DNA of 64,000 bases. Source: the human T2T-CHM13v2.0 reference genome, Homo sapiens. Each line of letters begins with the position of its first letter. The first letter of the stretch is position 1. The stretch lies in NCBI RefSeq assembly GCF_009914755.1, contig NC_060936.1; one strand, written 5' to 3'. Shown here piece by piece: positions 60,471 through 64,000 of this stretch. Position numbers and translations under genes: made by a program. The notes beneath the pieces are model-generated. The model was not told the DNA's origin, searched no databases, and was given only the letters and a program-made list of their open reading frames with translations.

Positions 60471-60925
60471 GTTCACGCCACTCATTCTCTTTAATGCCAA
60501 GTTATCCATGGTTCTCATAAAGGCTGAATGGAGACATATTGTGTGCATATCTCTGTTTGTATGGAAATCTATTTGTTTTCAAATATACTTCCCATTTATT
60601 TTGAGGTGATTATCTCAGTATCAATTTTACTCCACACAGCCCTCCTTATAAGAGCCCAGAATCCAAAGAGTTTAGTTTTGTGTGAAGATGAATATTGAGC
60701 CCAATATTTCAGAAATTTGTGATAGAGAATTGTGGCATTGCCTGGCTTTGTGTCACTAAGAATGACAGACTCTCCTAAAGGGAACCAGGCTTTGTCAGTT
60801 GGAATTTGACCCTTCATTGCCAACTACTCATTGATTGACTTTTTGTTCTTACTACTGGAGAAGACATTTACAGAATCACATCAGAGACTGGCACAAATCC
60901 CCATGGACAATTGATTAGGCAACTG

Positions 60926-60962
60926 GAGACCTGGAAATTTTTTTTTTGAGACCTGGAAATTT
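60926..60962. repeat. perfect 15-bp direct repeat flanking T7
   Basis: GAGACCTGGAAATTT-TTTTTTT-GAGACCTGGAAATTT. Confidence 0.9.
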
Positions 60963-61104
60963 AAGAAGAGGATTGGGAAACATGATAACACCAGGGAAAA
61001 ACTCATTTTGACATACCAGAAGACTTCATTAGTTGACGAATTTACTCAATAAGTTATATTGCCTGTCTGCTGTCTGCTAGGCAGTTGGTATTCAAATAAT
61101 ATGT

Positions 61105-61960
61105 TTATTCATTTGCTCTTTTATTTATTTGACAAATATGTGATGAACATCTGCTGTGTGCCAGGCACTGTTGTAGGCACTGGGACTATATCAATGAATG
61201 GAACACTCAAAACTCTTGCCATTAGGGAGCTGATCTTCGGGGGATAGAGGATTCAGGATATATACAATGAATAAAACAAACAAGGAAAATATGTGGTATA
61301 ATGCCATATAATTAAGAAAATAAGAAAAGAGGATAGGAAATGTTGAAAAGGGGGCTGGAACTTTAAATATGGTACCCTAAAAGGGCTGGCTGAAGGAGTG
61401 CCATTTGAAAAAACACCTGGAGGAGGAGATGAAGAAGGAAGCCTTGTGAAAGAACAATCCAGGCAGAGGGAATAGTGAATGTGTACTCTATGAGGCAGGA
61501 GCATGCCCCTGGCATGCTGGAGGAACTGCAGGGAGGCCACTGGGACTGGTATGGCATGAGCTGGGAATAGAATAGTAGATGATGATTTGAGGAAGAAACA
61601 GGTGGCCATATCCTATAAAGCCTTGTAGGCCATTTTAGAAACTTCAATCTTTTTCCAAGTAAATGGAAGCCAAATGTAAGGTTTTGAGAAGAGGATTAAT
61701 GTGAACTGAATTACATTTTAAAAGGTTGCTGGCTGCCATTTTGCCATGGATTTAAGGGTGGCCAGGACAGAATCAAGGAGGTCTTGTTACAAGGCTGATG
61801 CAACAATATAAGTGGGAGATGATGGTGGCTTAGACCATGTTAGTAGATGGTGGTGATATTGGGTGGTTAGATTTGGAGTATGTTCTAAAAGTTTTAAAGG
61901 TAGAGCTGCCAATATTTGCACATGAATTAGATGTGAGGTGTGAGAGAAAGACAAATAAGA
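61105..61960 (-). mobile_element. L2 (L2a-like) 3' region
   Basis: tgtgtgccaggcactgttgtaggcactggg; ccaggcagagggaatag; gagatgatggtggcttagacc. Confidence 0.8.
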
Positions 61961-62143
61961 CAGAGCCCTTCTCTTCATGGGGTAATAGGCACCCAAGCAT
62001 ACAATCATAAAGCAGATAGAAGTGTAGGGATAGAGGTACATACAATTCCTTCTGAGGTACCTAACATAGAACTGAAGAAGGTGTCTCAGCTGGATTTTAA
62101 TTGATGAATGGGATGTTCCCAAGAGAAGAGCCTCTAAAAATGG

Positions 62144-62494
62144 TGTGTGGTTTGAATGTGCCCCCTCCAAAACTCGTGTGTTGAAACTTAATGGCCAATA
62201 TGATCGGATTAATATGTGGGACCTTTAAGAAGTGATTAGGTCATGAGGGCTCTTTCCCCTCACTCATGAATGGGTCTAGGTGTCCTCATAAAAAGGGCTT
62301 GACAGAGGGAATTTACTCTCTCTTGCCTTTTTGCCTTCCGCCATGTGAGGACACAGCAAGAAGGCCTTCACCAGATGCCAACACCTTGATCTTGGAGTTC
62401 CCAGCCTCCAGAACTGTGAGGAAATAAATTTCTGTTCTTTATAAATTGCCGAGTCCATGGTATTTTGACATAGCAACACAAATAGACTAAGACA
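62144..62494 (+). mobile_element. MSTC/MSTD-type MaLR solo LTR
   Basis: tgtgtggtttgaatgtg...gactaagaca; 5-bp TSD AATGG at 62139-62143 and 62495-62499. Confidence 0.85.
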
Positions 62495-63559
62495 AATGGT
62501 ATGAACAGAGAAGTAGAAGCCACCCAATGTTGGTGAAGGGAAAACTGTGGTTTAGAGGGTGCTAAGACATGAGGCTAACAGTGGTCAGAATCCAAACTTT
62601 GGAGGATTCTATAGGCTAACTTGAAGAACTAGGACCCCTGGTTGTAGATGTTACACTTTGGTCTTAGCAACAAGTGGCCTGGTCAGATTTGAGTTCTCAA
62701 AGGGTCCTCTGCTGCAGTGTGAATAGTAGATTTGAGGTGGAGGCAAAAGGGGAGGCAGGGATGCAAGTTAGAAGTGGGAGTGAGGCTTAACTCAAGGAAG
62801 AATAATTGTATTGAAAGACTGACATCCAGTTCTCAAAGGGGTCACAGCCCTGAGAAGGAGCAGGACAGAGTTTTGAGGCAGGGCTCCAACGATTGTACTT
62901 ACTGGCTGCACCACTTCCTCCCATGTGGTAGAGGCTCCCTGCCCTTTTCAAGAACTTGCAGTGAGGTTTCGCAGCATTCAGGTGAATGCTGGAGAAAGTG
63001 ACCATTTTGGAGGGCAAGGGACAGAAACCCAACTTAAGCTATAATAGCATGCAGCATGGAAGAACACTGGAGCAGTCTCATGTCCATTTCTTTCAGCTGC
63101 TTACCCACAGTAAGAAAAGTATTAACTTTTTCCAAATATCTCTTCATAAAAAACAAAGATAAGACATGGTTGGTTGTGTTTGGGTCACATGCCTACCCCT
63201 AGACCAATCATAGTAATTAGGAAAACATAGAATGTGATTGGCTTAGACTCCATCTTATGATAACCCCTGTGGACCTGGAAAAAAGTGTCTTTTCAAAGAG
63301 AAAGAGGAATAAGGAAGCTTACTGGGTAGACACAAAACAGCAGCATCCATAAGGTTTGAAGAAAGCTCTCAGGAAGGATGTTGAGGGAGAAGAGATAACC
63401 TGTGATTGAGGAGTCAACACTAGCTCCACGGTTCCTTATCTCTTGGCTGACCATGTAGGCTGCATTAAAATCACGCAACTATCATTCAATTCCAAATTAA
63501 GCAATGAGCTCTCAAACTGTATAGGCTTTCTTAGGTAATTCTCTATGCCAGAATAACCT

Positions 63560-63850
63560 GCCCTTCTCAAACTTGGCCTCATCCTCAACATAAATGTCTT
63601 CTCCTCTATGAAATGTTTCTGTCATAATCAAGGCAGATCGATTCTGTCTCTCCTCTGTGTTCCTGTGGCAGTTCATTATACCTCTGCTGTAACAACTGGG
63701 ATGTTGCATTGTACTCGGCTGCTTACTGTCTGTCTACAAGCTTTGCCTTCTAGACTGTGAACTCCTGCAAGATGATGACTGTGCCTCATTCATCTTTGTA
63801 TCTGAGTTCCACGAACAGTAACAGGCACATAATAGACTCTCAAAAAAGAT
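63560..63850 (+). mobile_element. L2 3' end
   Basis: ctagactgtgaactcc...gactgtgcctcattcatctttgtatc...ggcacataatag. Confidence 0.7.
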
Positions 63851-64000
63851 AGCTCAAAACGATGATTTTCTTTTTGTGTGTTGGGACTGGGTTTGTACAA
63901 AAGTCAGCATTACTTACTGGCCATGTAAGATGGAATGCTAAATATTCAGAGTGAATACATGGTGTCTGTCATCAACTCTTCTTTTGGAGAAATGCCTTCC

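Overview
Gene-poor, repeat-rich primate (very probably human or other catarrhine) genomic DNA: no protein-coding exon, CpG island or intact long ORF is recognisable. Roughly half of the window is decayed transposable elements: about 19 Alus (J, S and Y types), two multi-kb L1PA-type elements plus older L1M fragments, many L2/MIR remnants, MaLR/ERVL/ERV1 solo LTRs, and DNA-transposon fossils (Tigger3, MER58A, MER5, MADE1). All long ORFs in the track are L1 ORF2 remnants, Alu read-throughs or microsatellite artefacts. Items that repeat annotation alone does not explain: (1) a full-length H/ACA snoRNA retrocopy (SNORA38 family, minus strand, 21924-22054) with intact H and ACA boxes, an A-rich tail and a TSD, nested in a Tigger3 fossil; (2) a near-consensus REST/RE1 silencer at 12-32; (3) an old tandem duplication with an inverted templated insert (22664-23970); (4) a ~230-bp non-TE-looking segment present twice, 8.2 kb apart; (5) retrotransposition and template-switch scars; (6) a few motif-dense unique islands that may be enhancers. 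I found no convincing new multi-gene biological system. TE subfamily names come from remembered consensus features and boundaries of old elements are approximate; RepeatMasker/Dfam should confirm them.
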